Assembly (NCBI GenBank): GCA_902578385.1
Contig: CACHCR010000001.1
Location: 62,320-126,319 of the forward strand
From: an uncultured Fidelibacterota bacterium
GTDB lineage: Bacteria; Fidelibacterota; Marinisomatia; Marinisomatales; Marinisomataceae
Reading direction: 5' to 3'
DNA: 64,000 bases
Positions 47,484 through 58,649 of this stretch are shown here, in pieces. Position numbers and translations under genes: made by a program. The notes beneath the pieces were generated by a model, which made no database searches, had not been told where the DNA came from, and saw only the letters and a list, made by a program, of their open reading frames with translations. How positions within the stretch are numbered: position 1 is the first letter of the stretch; every line of letters starts with the position of its first letter.

Positions 47484-50400
47484 ATGAAAAGCGAATTTAT
47501 TCATTTACATAATCACTCAGATAATAGCTTGCTTGATGGAGCTCAAAATATTCCATCTGTTCTTGAAACAATTACAGACTTGGGTATGGATTCAGTTGCA
47601 CTTACAGAGCATGGAAATTTATTTGGGGCAGTTTCATTTTATAAAAAGGCCAAAGATAAAAATATTAAACCAATTATAGGCTGTGAAGTATATGTAGCTA
47701 AAGGAAGTCGTTTCACGAAAGATAGATCAAGTGGAATGGGGCAGTATAATCACCTAGTTCTTATTGCTCAAAATTATCAGGGCTATAAAAATTTAATGAA
47801 GATCGTTACTCACGGGTATTTAGAGGGCTTCTATTACAAACCCAGAGTTGATACAGAGATTTTAAAAAAATATAATGAAGGTATTATATGTCTTTCTGCA
47901 TGTTTGAAGGGTATTTTACCAGAAACATTAATTTATAATGGGCTAGAAGCAGGAAAAAAAGTTGCTGAAGAATACTCAAGTATTTTTCCTGGAAGATATT
48001 ATATAGAATTACAAAATCATGGAATTCCAGAAGAGCTACAAAATATTCAACTAGCAACAAAGCTGGCTAAAGAAATGAATTTGCCTATCATTGCAACAAA
48101 TGACGCACACTATGCTAAAAAAGAACACTATAAAGCTCATGATGTGCATATTTGCATTGGCACAGGAAAGCAATTATCAGATAAAAATAGACTAAAATAC
48201 CATGGAAAAGAGTTTTATTTTAAATCTCAAGATGAAATGTTTTCTTTATTTAAACAATTTCCACAAGCACTTGAAAATACAAGAGCTTTAACTGATTCTG
48301 TAGACTTACAAATTCCAATGGAAGACTATCATCTTCCATGGTATTCAATTCCTGGTGATAAAAAATCAAAAAATGTAGATGAATACTTAAAAAATTTATG
48401 TACTGCAGGCTTAGAGAAGAAATATGAAAACCTTAATAGCAATATTAATGAAAGAGCTGAATATGAGCTATCCGTTATCAAAAAAATGGGGTTTGCCAGC
48501 TACTTCTTAATTACTGCAGATTTTGTAGAGTATGCAAGAAAAAATAAAATTCCTGTAGGCCCTGGAAGAGGCTCTGCTCCTGGTAGTATAGTTTCCTATG
48601 CTTTGGGTATTACAAATATAGATCCATTAAAACATAATTTAATTTTTGAAAGATTTTTAAATCCTGACAGAATAAGTATGCCAGATATAGATATAGATTT
48701 CTGTGTAGAACGACGAGGCCAAGTAATTGATTATTTAAAAAGTGTTTATGGTGAAGATTCTGTAACTCAAATTATAACTTTTGGTAAAATGAATGCTCGA
48801 GCAGTAATTAGAGATGTTGGAAGAGTGATGAGCTACTCTTACTCTGAGGTTGATAAGATAGCTAAAATGATTCCAGAAGGACCAAAAGTTACTTTAGATC
48901 AGGCGTTAAAGCAGAATTCAGATTTAAGAACTGTATCACAAACTAATTATAAGGATTTGATAGATAATGCTAAAGTTTTAGAGGGAATGACAAGACATGC
49001 ATCAATTCATGCTGCGGGGGTGGTGGTTGCTCCAGGAGATTTAACTGATTTTGTCCCACTATATAGATCGTCTCAAGGAGATGTAACTACACAATATGAT
49101 ATGAAGGAACTAGAATCAATTGGATTATTAAAAATGGACTTTCTTGGTTTAAGAAATTTAACAGTTATTGATAAAACCATTGATTTGATTAAAAAAAGAT
49201 TCGACAAAAATATCGATATTGATAAAATTGATATGGAAGATCCTAAGGTCTATGAACTATTTGCCAAAGGATTAACTGTAGGAATATTTCAATTCGAGTC
49301 TGCAGGCATGAGAGAGTTTTTAAAGAAACTTAAACCAAAAGGAATTGATGGATTAATTGCTATGAATGCATTGTATAGGCCAGGACCAATGCAAAACATT
49401 GATAGGTATATTAAACGTGCCCATGGTAAAGAAAAAGTTGAATATGTCCACCCTCTACTTGAGGAGGCACTAAAAGAAACTTATGGTATTATAGTTTACC
49501 AAGAGCAGGTAATGCAAATTGCAAATATTATCGCTGGATTTACACTATCTGAAGCGGATGAAATGCGTAGAGCAATTGGTAAAAAGATACGCTCTTTAAT
49601 GGATAAAATGGCTGAAAAATTTGTTAAAGGAGCAGTCAAAAATGGTTTATCGAAGGCGAAAGCCAAACAGATTTTTGATTTAATTGACAAGTTTGCACAG
49701 TATGGTTTTAATAAAAGTCATTCTGTAGCATATTCATACATTGCTTACCAGACAGGTTGGCTTAAAACCCACTACACTGCAGAATTTATGTCAGCTAATT
49801 TGACAAGTGAAATGAACAACACAAATAAAGTGGTTGTTTTGATTAATGAGTGTAGAAAGCTAGATATTAAAGTACATGCCCCTGATATTAATAAATCAGG
49901 AATCAATTTTGAGCCGTTGAATGACAAAGAAATTTCTTTTGGGCTTAATGCAGTTAAAAATGTGGGAGTAAAAGCATTAGAACAATGTATCGAAGTAAGA
50001 AATAAGCACGGAGAATTTAAGTCTATGTTTGATTTTATCTCTAAGGTAGATCAAAGACTTGTAAATAAAAAAGTATTAGAAAGTTTGATTTTAGCTGGAG
50101 CATTTGATTCATTAAATAATAATCGAGCTCAACTGTTTGAAGCTGTAGATTTAGCAATTAACTATGGAAACCAAGTTGATAAAAACTCCAATAAAGACCA
50201 AATAAATTTATTTGGAGACCAAGAGGATTTAGTAAAGATACCTGAGTTGCCTATTATTGAAGATTGGGATAATCAGGAAAAACTTTCAAAAGAAAAAGAA
50301 GTGCTTGGTATATATGTATCAGGAAATCCACTTATTAAATACGCTGATATAATAGAAGAATTAAGTAATTATGATTTTTCTGAAAAGAAAATACTTAAGG

Positions 50401-50906
50401 AAAATACCGTTGTAAAAATTGGGGGGGCAATAACAAATTTTAAACTACATTTTGATAAAAAAAATCAACAAATGGCATTCTTTAACCTTGATTGTTTAGG
50501 AGGCCAAGCTGAAGCCATCATTTTTCACGATGCTTTTGATAAGTATAAAGAAATTATTAAAGATAACAACATTGTTTTTCTAGTAGGTCATACATCTACT
50601 CAAAATGATTTTGCTGATTTAAAATTAATAGTTGATGAGGTTGTTCCTATTAATCATGCAAAGAAAGTTTTAAAGCTCAACCAGGTGAATATTAGGCTAC
50701 CAAAAAATTCTTCAAAAGACCTGATGAATGATATTGTTGAATTAGCAAAACAAAACAAAGGAGATCATTCATTTATAGTACATATTCCATCTGAAAATAA
50801 TCAAGAAAGAAAAATTATATCTAAGAAAATTAAAGTGTCGAGCAACAATCAATTTTTAATTTTATTAAGAGATTTATTAGGAGAATCAAACGTCTGGATT
50901 GATTAA
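47484..50906 (+). CDS. dnaE: DNA polymerase III alpha subunit
   Basis: 1140 aa. PHP domain HLHNHSDNSLLDGA, then the polymerase core and an OB domain. Confidence 0.95.
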   Translation: MKSEFIHLHNHSDNSLLDGAQNIPSVLETITDLGMDSVALTEHGNLFGAVSFYKKAKDKNIKPIIGCEVYVAKGSRFTKDRSSGMGQYNHLVLIAQNYQGYKNLMKIVTHGYLEGFYYKPRVDTEILKKYNEGIICLSACLKGILPETLIYNGLEAGKKVAEEYSSIFPGRYYIELQNHGIPEELQNIQLATKLAKEMNLPIIATNDAHYAKKEHYKAHDVHICIGTGKQLSDKNRLKYHGKEFYFKSQDEMFSLFKQFPQALENTRALTDSVDLQIPMEDYHLPWYSIPGDKKSKNVDEYLKNLCTAGLEKKYENLNSNINERAEYELSVIKKMGFASYFLITADFVEYARKNKIPVGPGRGSAPGSIVSYALGITNIDPLKHNLIFERFLNPDRISMPDIDIDFCVERRGQVIDYLKSVYGEDSVTQIITFGKMNARAVIRDVGRVMSYSYSEVDKIAKMIPEGPKVTLDQALKQNSDLRTVSQTNYKDLIDNAKVLEGMTRHASIHAAGVVVAPGDLTDFVPLYRSSQGDVTTQYDMKELESIGLLKMDFLGLRNLTVIDKTIDLIKKRFDKNIDIDKIDMEDPKVYELFAKGLTVGIFQFESAGMREFLKKLKPKGIDGLIAMNALYRPGPMQNIDRYIKRAHGKEKVEYVHPLLEEALKETYGIIVYQEQVMQIANIIAGFTLSEADEMRRAIGKKIRSLMDKMAEKFVKGAVKNGLSKAKAKQIFDLIDKFAQYGFNKSHSVAYSYIAYQTGWLKTHYTAEFMSANLTSEMNNTNKVVVLINECRKLDIKVHAPDINKSGINFEPLNDKEISFGLNAVKNVGVKALEQCIEVRNKHGEFKSMFDFISKVDQRLVNKKVLESLILAGAFDSLNNNRAQLFEAVDLAINYGNQVDKNSNKDQINLFGDQEDLVKIPELPIIEDWDNQEKLSKEKEVLGIYVSGNPLIKYADIIEELSNYDFSEKKILKENTVVKIGGAITNFKLHFDKKNQQMAFFNLDCLGGQAEAIIFHDAFDKYKEIIKDNNIVFLVGHTSTQNDFADLKLIVDEVVPINHAKKVLKLNQVNIRLPKNSSKDLMNDIVELAKQNKGDHSFIVHIPSENNQERKIISKKIKVSSNNQFLILLRDLLGESNVWID

Positions 50907-50909
50907 ATT

Positions 50910-51326
50910 ATGAGCATGACAATAAATCCTCCAATTAGAATACTTATGGCTAAGCCAGGTCTTGATGGCCACGACAGAGGCATTAAAGTTTTAGCAGCAG
51001 CATACAGAGATGCTGGAATGGATGTAATTTATTTAGGTCTTAGGCAAACACCTGAAAGTGTGGTCAAAGTTGCTATACAAGAAGGCGTCGATGTAATAGC
51101 TCTTTCAATACTTTCTGGCGCACATATGACTATTTTTGAAAAAGTGATGAAGTTAATTAAAGAAAATAATTTAAAAAATATTTTGGTAACTGGAGGTGGC
51201 ATAATTCCAGAAGAAGATTCTGAAGAATTATCTAAATTAGGAGTTGGCAAGCTGTTTGGACCAGGCACACCAGTAAAAGAGTCATTGGATTATATAGAAA
51301 ATTGGGTAAAAGACAATAGAAGATGA
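50910..51326 (+). CDS. Methylmalonyl-CoA mutase-type cobalamin-binding small subunit (stand-alone B12-binding domain)
   Basis: 138 aa. Contains the D-x-H-x-x-G motif (LDGHDRG) and SILSGAH...GGGIIP. Confidence 0.8.
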   Translation: MSMTINPPIRILMAKPGLDGHDRGIKVLAAAYRDAGMDVIYLGLRQTPESVVKVAIQEGVDVIALSILSGAHMTIFEKVMKLIKENNLKNILVTGGGIIPEEDSEELSKLGVGKLFGPGTPVKESLDYIENWVKDNRR

Positions 51327-51733
51327 TTTCTAATATTACGAACACTTTTATAAAAGCAAAAAAAGCGTTTACAAATGAAAATTTTAATGAATCGCAAAAT
51401 TTGCTAAATAAAGTTCTCAAACACGATAAAGATTTTTTATCAGCTTATTTATTATTATATCAAATATATGATAAAAAAAAATCTCCCAAAAAAAATACAA
51501 TTTATAAGGAGCTAAAAAGGTTAAACCCAAAAATTAAAATTAAACATACCCCAATAACTGTAAGAAAAAAATCAGTTACGGGAACGCCTGAATTGGTAAC
51601 TTTATCATTAATAAAACTTATGATTTCACAAGGTAAAACCTTGCAGGCTAAAAAAAATTTACGGTTAATAATTAAGCATTCAAAAAATAAGAGAGACCAA
51701 GACAAAGCAAAAAATATATTAAATAATTTTTAG
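51323..51733 (+). CDS. Hypothetical basic protein (possible single TPR-like helix pair at N-terminus)
   Basis: 136 aa, Lys-rich. ATGA overlap with the preceding gene. No family recognised. Confidence 0.3.
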   Translation: MISNITNTFIKAKKAFTNENFNESQNLLNKVLKHDKDFLSAYLLLYQIYDKKKSPKKNTIYKELKRLNPKIKIKHTPITVRKKSVTGTPELVTLSLIKLMISQGKTLQAKKNLRLIIKHSKNKRDQDKAKNILNNF

Positions 51734-51741
51734 AGGCTAAA

Positions 51742-52830
51742 ATGAGCACAGAATATTTTCAAAGAAGGCATAATAAATTAAGAAGTAAACTAGCAAAAGA
51801 GAATTTAGATGGTATGCTGGTTACAAACTTGACACACATTAGATATTTATGTGGTTTTACTGGCTCAAGTGCAACATTGCTAATTTCAGGAGATAAAGTA
51901 CATTTTATTACAGATGGAAGATATGTCGTACAATCCGAGAAAGAGGTTAAAGGAGCTAATATAATTATTGATAGTATTCCACATATTGAAGTAATTAAAA
52001 ATCAAAACCTATTAACCCCTGGATCCAAAATTGCCTTTGATGGAAATAGTGTAAGTCATCAAGCATATCAACAAATATCAAAAGTGCTATCAAATCAGCA
52101 ATTAGAAAATATTACTGGCGTAATTGAAAAAATGGCAATGTCAAAAGATAGCAAAGAAATAGAGGCTATAAGAACTGCAGTGGAGATTACCGATCAAGCT
52201 TTTGCAGAAGTATTACCAATGGTTAAAATTGGTGTAGAAGAAAAAGTTATAGCAAATCAATTATCATTCCTTTACAGAAAATATGGAGATTCAGATTCTG
52301 ACGCATTTGCAGCTATTGTTGGTACAGGACCAAACTCTGCAAAACCGCACCATACACCGACTGATAGAAAAATTGGACAAGGCGAATTGTTAGTAATCGA
52401 CTCTGGAGCAAAATTTGCTGGTTATCATGCAGATATGACCAGATCATTTGCAACTAAAGGATTTTCAGAAGAACAAAAATCAATCTATGACATTGTTCTT
52501 AATGCACAAATAAATAGCATCAATGGCATTAAAGCCGGAGCATCTTGTAAGTCAATTGATTCTATCGCAAGGGATCATATAACTCAAGCTGGCTATGGTA
52601 AGTTTTTTGATCATGGACTTGGTCATTCACTTGGACTTGAGATTCATGAAGAGCCAAGATTCAGCAAGGTAAGCAAAGATATCCTTGAAGAAAATTATGT
52701 TATGACAGTTGAACCTGGTATATATGTAAAAGATATAGGTGGAGTAAGAATTGAGGATGACATAATTGTTACTAAAGATGGTTCAGAAATTCTCAATAAA
52801 ACATCTAAAGAATTCCAAGTAATTTCATAA
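51742..52830 (+). CDS. Xaa-Pro aminopeptidase/dipeptidase (M24B)
   Basis: 362 aa. Creatinase-like N-domain and M24 metal-ligand signature HGLGHSLGLEIHE. Confidence 0.85.
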   Translation: MSTEYFQRRHNKLRSKLAKENLDGMLVTNLTHIRYLCGFTGSSATLLISGDKVHFITDGRYVVQSEKEVKGANIIIDSIPHIEVIKNQNLLTPGSKIAFDGNSVSHQAYQQISKVLSNQQLENITGVIEKMAMSKDSKEIEAIRTAVEITDQAFAEVLPMVKIGVEEKVIANQLSFLYRKYGDSDSDAFAAIVGTGPNSAKPHHTPTDRKIGQGELLVIDSGAKFAGYHADMTRSFATKGFSEEQKSIYDIVLNAQINSINGIKAGASCKSIDSIARDHITQAGYGKFFDHGLGHSLGLEIHEEPRFSKVSKDILEENYVMTVEPGIYVKDIGGVRIEDDIIVTKDGSEILNKTSKEFQVIS

Positions 52831-53795
52831 TGTTCAGAAAAATTTCAATTTTTCTAATATTTTTTCTTTGCTCATGCGTTGAAAATCTAATTCATATCTC
52901 TATTTTTGATAATGGAAGTTATATAGTGAATTATACATCTATAGGAGATAAAGATGATTTATTAGATAGTGATTTTGTGCATCCAAAAACCAATGAAAAA
53001 CATGAGTGGATTACATCGTTAAACAAAAAAAGTGAAAGTAAAAGTAACGAAGTATGGGAAAAAGAAACTATTTTGTCATCACCAACAAAATCAAAATTAA
53101 TTTTTACTAATTCATCAAACTTGCAATATGATATAGATATAAGTAAAAGCTCCTTCATATTTTGGGATACTTACTCATTTAACTCAAACATTAAAAACTT
53201 AGAAATTGATGTTAAATACCCAGAAATAGATAGATATTTAAATGTCAATGAAGACGACCTATCTTGGCTTGTTCCTGCTAAAAAATATATTTTTTCAGAA
53301 AGTATTAAAATTTATCGAACGCAAAATGAACTTAATGAAATCACTGTTGATAGAATAAGCAATCAAATTGACTCATACATTTCCTATGTTGAAGAAAAAG
53401 AGTATGAAAAAGAATTTAGTAGAAAATCTTCTGATATATTTAAAGATGCATTATCATCGATGAAAAAACGCTTACCAGAGAATTTCTTTTTTGAAATAAC
53501 ATTAATTATAGACGAGCTCGAAATGGAGTTTAAAAAAAATACCGATTTAATGCTGGATAGCTTCACATTTAGTGTGGCTATACCAGGAGAATTAAGAAGT
53601 ACGAATGCATCATTAGTTAGCGATTCAGATAATACTCTTTATTGGAGTTTTGAGTTTAGTGACATTGCCACTAATCATTTCAATATGTATGCACATTCAA
53701 TAGTTATTAATAACTTAGTATTACAATTATTTTTTATACTAATTGTATTATTTTTTATAGGATTTATATGGAAAAAACGATTAAAAAAAGAATAG
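52830..53795 (+). CDS. Hypothetical lipoprotein with C-terminal TM helix
   Basis: 321 aa. Lipobox FFLCSC and a C-terminal hydrophobic segment LVLQLFFILIVLFFIGFIW. No family recognised. Confidence 0.35.
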   Translation: MFRKISIFLIFFLCSCVENLIHISIFDNGSYIVNYTSIGDKDDLLDSDFVHPKTNEKHEWITSLNKKSESKSNEVWEKETILSSPTKSKLIFTNSSNLQYDIDISKSSFIFWDTYSFNSNIKNLEIDVKYPEIDRYLNVNEDDLSWLVPAKKYIFSESIKIYRTQNELNEITVDRISNQIDSYISYVEEKEYEKEFSRKSSDIFKDALSSMKKRLPENFFFEITLIIDELEMEFKKNTDLMLDSFTFSVAIPGELRSTNASLVSDSDNTLYWSFEFSDIATNHFNMYAHSIVINNLVLQLFFILIVLFFIGFIWKKRLKKE

Positions 53796-55783
53796 ATAGC
53801 TTAATCGCAGAAATTAATAATCATAACTATGCATATTATGTTTTAGATGATCCAAAATTAACAGATATTGAATATGATGCGTTATTTCGTGAGCTTGAAA
53901 CCTTAGAAAGGGATAACCCTAACCTAATTTCTAAAACATCTCCAACTCAAAGAGTTGGCCATCCAGTAACAAGTGGTTTCAAAAGTTATGAACATTCAAT
54001 TCCTATGCTTTCTCTATCAAATGCAATTAATGATGAGGAAATTAATGATTTTCATAAACGTATAGTAAAATGGTTAAATAATTCAGAGGTTAACTTTGTA
54101 GCAGAGCCTAAAATTGATGGTTTGGGTGTGTCATTAATATATGAAAATGGATTACTAAAAAGAGCATTAACTAGAGGAGATGGTTTTAAAGGCGAGGATA
54201 TTACACATAATGTTAAAACTATAAATGCTGTCCCATTGGAATTAAGGCAATCAAAAAAGAAAACACCATCTTTTATTGAAGTTAGGGGTGAAATTTTTAT
54301 GAATATTTCAGACTTTAATCAATTAAACAAAAATCGCGAAATATCAGATGAAAAAATCTTTGCCAATGCTAGAAATGCAGCGGCAGGCAGTGTAAGACAG
54401 CTTGATCCAAATATTACAGCTTCTAGAAATCTTTCAATTTTTTGTTATGAAATTGGTGGAAGCAAAGATATTAAGCTAGATAATCAAATTGAAATGCTTG
54501 AATATCTTAAATCTGTTGGATTACCAGTTAATCCTTTATCTAAAAAAATTACTTCTTCAGAGGATATGGTTTCTTATCATCATACTCTAGAGACTAATCG
54601 AACGCATATTGATTATGAAATTGATGGTTCGGTGATAAAAGTGAATAATTACCAAAAAAGAGAAAGGTTAGGATTAAGATCACGTTCCCCAAGATGGGCT
54701 ATTGCGGCAAAATTTAAAGCAAAACAAGCAGAGTCCCAGATAATAGGTATTGATTTACAAGTTGGTAGAACGGGAGTTATTACGCCGGTTGCAAAAATAA
54801 AAGAAGTTGATTTATCTGGTGTTATGATTTCTAGCGCTACTCTTCATAATCAAGATGAAATTGATAGGAAAGATATAAGAATTAACGATTTTGTATTAAT
54901 TGAAAGATCAGGGGACGTAATTCCTAAAATTACTAAAGTTTTGAATGAAAAAAGACCTAAAAATACGAAAAAATTTTCAATTAGTGATTTTAATTGGCCT
55001 GATCCGGAATGTAAAATCGAGCGCGTTGATGGAGAAGCAGCTTATAGATGTACCAACCCAAATTGTAAATCAAGAGTAATGGGTGTCCTTGAACATTTTT
55101 GTTCAAAGAATGCAATGAATATTGAAGGAATGGGACCTCAAATCGTTAAACAGTTGTTGGAAGCAGACTTATTAATAAGTTTTGATGATATATATAAAAT
55201 TAAATACGAAGATTTAATTGAATTAGATCGTTTTAAAAATAAATCTGCCATGAATCTTATCGATTCAATTAATCAGTCTAAAAAGACAACATTTCCAAGA
55301 TTTTTATTTGGACTTGGAATCCCTAATGTGGGACAACACATATCAAGGGTAATAGATAGATACTGTAATTCATCTCTAGAAAAATTGACCGAGTTAAAGA
55401 TTGAAGAAATGAAAGAAATTGATGGAATTGGTGAAACGGTCGCTATAGCCATAGAAGATTATTTTAAAAATGATAATAATAAAAGTATCATTGAAAGTTG
55501 CTTAAAGTTAGGTGTTAAGATTATACCTACCACTTATGATACTAGTACAATGAGAATGCTAAATCAAAAAATAGTTATAACAGGATCTTTCGAAAGTTTA
55601 TCGCGAAGCGATCTTAAGCTTAGGTTGGAAAATTTAGGAGCTACCGTTACTTCTTCAGTTTCTTCTAAAACTGACGCAGTTATAGTTGGTAAAAATCCAG
55701 GATCAAAATTATCAAAAGCTCAGGATCTAAATATTAGGATTGTAGAAGAAAAAGATTTGATCGGATTTCTAGGTGAAGCTTAG
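53768..55783 (+). CDS. ligA: NAD-dependent DNA ligase LigA
   Basis: 671 aa. Adenylation motif EPKIDG, a Cys4 zinc finger (CPECK...CTNPNC), HhH repeats and a C-terminal BRCT domain. Confidence 0.95.
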   Translation: MEKTIKKRIDSLIAEINNHNYAYYVLDDPKLTDIEYDALFRELETLERDNPNLISKTSPTQRVGHPVTSGFKSYEHSIPMLSLSNAINDEEINDFHKRIVKWLNNSEVNFVAEPKIDGLGVSLIYENGLLKRALTRGDGFKGEDITHNVKTINAVPLELRQSKKKTPSFIEVRGEIFMNISDFNQLNKNREISDEKIFANARNAAAGSVRQLDPNITASRNLSIFCYEIGGSKDIKLDNQIEMLEYLKSVGLPVNPLSKKITSSEDMVSYHHTLETNRTHIDYEIDGSVIKVNNYQKRERLGLRSRSPRWAIAAKFKAKQAESQIIGIDLQVGRTGVITPVAKIKEVDLSGVMISSATLHNQDEIDRKDIRINDFVLIERSGDVIPKITKVLNEKRPKNTKKFSISDFNWPDPECKIERVDGEAAYRCTNPNCKSRVMGVLEHFCSKNAMNIEGMGPQIVKQLLEADLLISFDDIYKIKYEDLIELDRFKNKSAMNLIDSINQSKKTTFPRFLFGLGIPNVGQHISRVIDRYCNSSLEKLTELKIEEMKEIDGIGETVAIAIEDYFKNDNNKSIIESCLKLGVKIIPTTYDTSTMRMLNQKIVITGSFESLSRSDLKLRLENLGATVTSSVSSKTDAVIVGKNPGSKLSKAQDLNIRIVEEKDLIGFLGEA

Positions 55784-56942
55784 CCTTTTTCTAATTTTAA
55801 TAACTAGTTTTATTTTTTCAGAAAATAATCTATCATTTCAAACACAATTAGTATCTGAAGGGTTTTCTAGACCACTACTTGTAAGATTTCATCCTGAAAC
55901 AAACTCTATGTTTGTGGTAGAACAAACTGGGAAAATTAAATTTATTGAAAATAAGAAGATAACTACTTTTATAGATTTATCAGATTTAGTTTTGACAGGG
56001 CCAATCCCAGATGAAAGAGGGTTATTGGGGATGGCACTTCATCCAAGCTTTGCACAAAATGGACTATTTTATGTATCCTATGTAGACAAGAATAATTTTT
56101 CTGTTGTTGCTCGTTATTTTTATGACAACATAAAACAAAAAATAGATTTTACATCAGAAAGTAAATTATTTCACTTTGAGCAGCCTTATGGGAATCATAA
56201 TGGCGGTCATCTTGAATTCGGTATGATAGACAATTTTCTATATTTAGGATTTGGAGATGGAGGGTCATCAGGCGACCCTCAAAATAATGCGCAAAATTTT
56301 GATAATTTTTTAGGCAAGATATTAAGGATTGACGTAAATACAGAAAGCGGATATTTAATACCAAAGTCTAATCCTTATATAAATAAACCAGATAAATTAG
56401 ATGAAATTTGGGTGTATGGCTTAAGAAACCCTTGGAGATTCAGTTTTGATAGACAAAACGGTGATCTTTATATAGGAGATGTTGGACAATACTTATGGGA
56501 AGAGATTAATAGAATTAGCTCAAATCAATCAAATGTTAATTTTGGATGGAAGATTATGGAAGGAAAACATTGCTATGAAAATGAAGCATGTAACCAAGAC
56601 GGATTAACAATGCCTATATTTGAATATCCAAGTGATGCATCATATGCATTTAGTCTGATGGACATTAACCAAAAAAATGTATATGGATGCTCTGTTACCG
56701 GTGGATATGTTTATAGAGGTAGTAAAATTAATGAACTAAAGGGATTATACTTATTTTCAGATTTTTGTACAGGAAAAATTTGGTCTTTGAATCCAGTTGA
56801 CGGTACAACAAAAGATTTAACTACACAATTATTAGGGGAAAAGAAAAGTATGATTTCTTCCTTTGGCGAAGATATAAACGGTGAATTATATATAGTGGAA
56901 TTTTCAGGAAGTATTTATAAAATAGTACCCTCAAATGAATAA
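55773..56942 (+). CDS. PQQ-dependent sugar (glucose/sorbosone) dehydrogenase-like beta-propeller, secreted
   Basis: 389 aa. Signal peptide, then ERGLLGMALHPSF and GNHNGGHLEFG motifs. GTG start. Confidence 0.75.
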   Translation: MKLSLFLILITSFIFSENNLSFQTQLVSEGFSRPLLVRFHPETNSMFVVEQTGKIKFIENKKITTFIDLSDLVLTGPIPDERGLLGMALHPSFAQNGLFYVSYVDKNNFSVVARYFYDNIKQKIDFTSESKLFHFEQPYGNHNGGHLEFGMIDNFLYLGFGDGGSSGDPQNNAQNFDNFLGKILRIDVNTESGYLIPKSNPYINKPDKLDEIWVYGLRNPWRFSFDRQNGDLYIGDVGQYLWEEINRISSNQSNVNFGWKIMEGKHCYENEACNQDGLTMPIFEYPSDASYAFSLMDINQKNVYGCSVTGGYVYRGSKINELKGLYLFSDFCTGKIWSLNPVDGTTKDLTTQLLGEKKSMISSFGEDINGELYIVEFSGSIYKIVPSNE

Positions 56943-57864
56943 AAACCTAGCAATTAAAATCAACAATCTTTTTAAGACTTACGATAATGTAAAAGCAGTT
57001 CAAGGTATTGATTTAGAAATCAATAAAGGAGAATTTTATGGCTTGTTAGGCCCGAACGGTGCTGGAAAGTCAACTACTATTAACTCAATTACAAGCTTAG
57101 TTAAGCCATCAAATGGAGATATTGAAATTTTTGGCAAAAATATTGAAAATAATTTCAGATTTACTAGGTCTCAAGTTGGAATTGCACATCAAGAAGTAAG
57201 TACGGACTGGTTTTTCCCTTTAGAACAATTATTATATTTTCAGGCTGGTTTCTATGGAGTATCTCGATCAAATGCAAAAGAAAGAATTGAATATTTATTA
57301 GAAAAATTAGGTTTATCAAAGCATCGAACAAAAAAAATGCGTGAGCTATCAGGGGGAATGAAACGTAGGTTGCAAATAGCTAAAGCTTTGGTACATGATC
57401 CGGAAATAATTATTCTTGATGAACCTACTGCTGGTGTGGATGTTGAACTTAGGCATGATTTATGGTTGTATTTACAAGAGCTTCATAAAGATGGTAAAAC
57501 AATATTACTAACTACTCACTATATTGACGAAGCAGAGCTTTTATGTGAGCGAGTAGGAATCATTGATAAAGGAAAGTTAATTGTTGAAGATACTGTTTCT
57601 AATTTAAAAAAAATGGTTAAAAACTCATCACTTGAAATTCGATTAAAAGACAATATTAATAAAGATCTAAGTTTTTTGAGCGAATATGATTATAAAATTG
57701 ATGAAAAAATTGTTCAGATTTTTACTGATACACCAAACCTTGAATTACCTTCAATAATTTTAAAATTTTCTGAAAAAAATATTCAAATTGAAGATATTCA
57801 TATTCCAAAAACATCGTTGGAAGATGTCTTTCTAGACCTAACAGGAAGGAAAATTAATGATTAA
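56935..57864 (+). CDS. ABC transporter ATP-binding protein (ABC-2 subfamily)
   Basis: 309 aa. Walker A GPNGAGKST, signature LSGGMKRRL, and Walker B ILDEPT. Confidence 0.85.
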   Translation: MNKNLAIKINNLFKTYDNVKAVQGIDLEINKGEFYGLLGPNGAGKSTTINSITSLVKPSNGDIEIFGKNIENNFRFTRSQVGIAHQEVSTDWFFPLEQLLYFQAGFYGVSRSNAKERIEYLLEKLGLSKHRTKKMRELSGGMKRRLQIAKALVHDPEIIILDEPTAGVDVELRHDLWLYLQELHKDGKTILLTTHYIDEAELLCERVGIIDKGKLIVEDTVSNLKKMVKNSSLEIRLKDNINKDLSFLSEYDYKIDEKIVQIFTDTPNLELPSIILKFSEKNIQIEDIHIPKTSLEDVFLDLTGRKIND

Positions 57865-58621
57865 AAATTGGGTTGGTTTTTATACTCTTTCTTCAAGAGA
57901 AATCATGAGATTTTTTTCTGTATGGAGACAAACTATAATACCAGGAATAGTTACTACACTATTATACATATTTGTTTTTGGAGTAGCTCTTGAGAATAGG
58001 ATTAGTGAGATAGGTGGTGTTTCATATAAGATATATATCTTACCAGGATTATTAATGATGAATGTGATTACTAATGCAGTTGCAAATTCCGCTTCTTCAA
58101 TGTTGCAAATGAAATTACTTCAAACACTTCCTGAACTTTTGATTACTCCACTTTCTAGTCTTGAATTATCCTTATCGTTCATAATTGGTGGAGCTATCAG
58201 AGGATTTGTTAATGGAATTTTAATTCTTTTAATTTGCTGGCTTGCAGGAATGCCCATTTTAAATCTCCCCCTTACATTATTTTTTATTCTTTTAGTTTCT
58301 TGGTCATTTTCGAGTTTAGGTCTTTTTGTAGGACAGTTGTCTGACTCATGGGACCAGCTAGCACTAATACAAAATTTTGTTATCACACCCTTTAGTTTTC
58401 TTGGAGGAATATTTTATTCAATTAAGATGCTTCCTGGTTGGGCCATGACTTTAAGTCAAGTAAATCCAATCTATTATGCAATAAGCGCATTAAGAGAAGC
58501 AACGCTTGGTGTTTCAGATGCTTCATTTCTTACAGCATCAATCTTTTTAATCTTATTTACTATAGGTACAACAGTAATGGCAGTTCAACTTATGTCAACA
58601 GGGAAAAAAATTAGGTTTTAA
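57857..58621 (+). CDS. ABC-2 type transporter permease
   Basis: 254 aa, six TM segments. Its start overlaps the ATPase gene end. Confidence 0.8.
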   Translation: MIKNWVGFYTLSSREIMRFFSVWRQTIIPGIVTTLLYIFVFGVALENRISEIGGVSYKIYILPGLLMMNVITNAVANSASSMLQMKLLQTLPELLITPLSSLELSLSFIIGGAIRGFVNGILILLICWLAGMPILNLPLTLFFILLVSWSFSSLGLFVGQLSDSWDQLALIQNFVITPFSFLGGIFYSIKMLPGWAMTLSQVNPIYYAISALREATLGVSDASFLTASIFLILFTIGTTVMAVQLMSTGKKIRF

Positions 58622-58649
58622 TTTTTGTTTAATTGATTTAAAATAGGCC

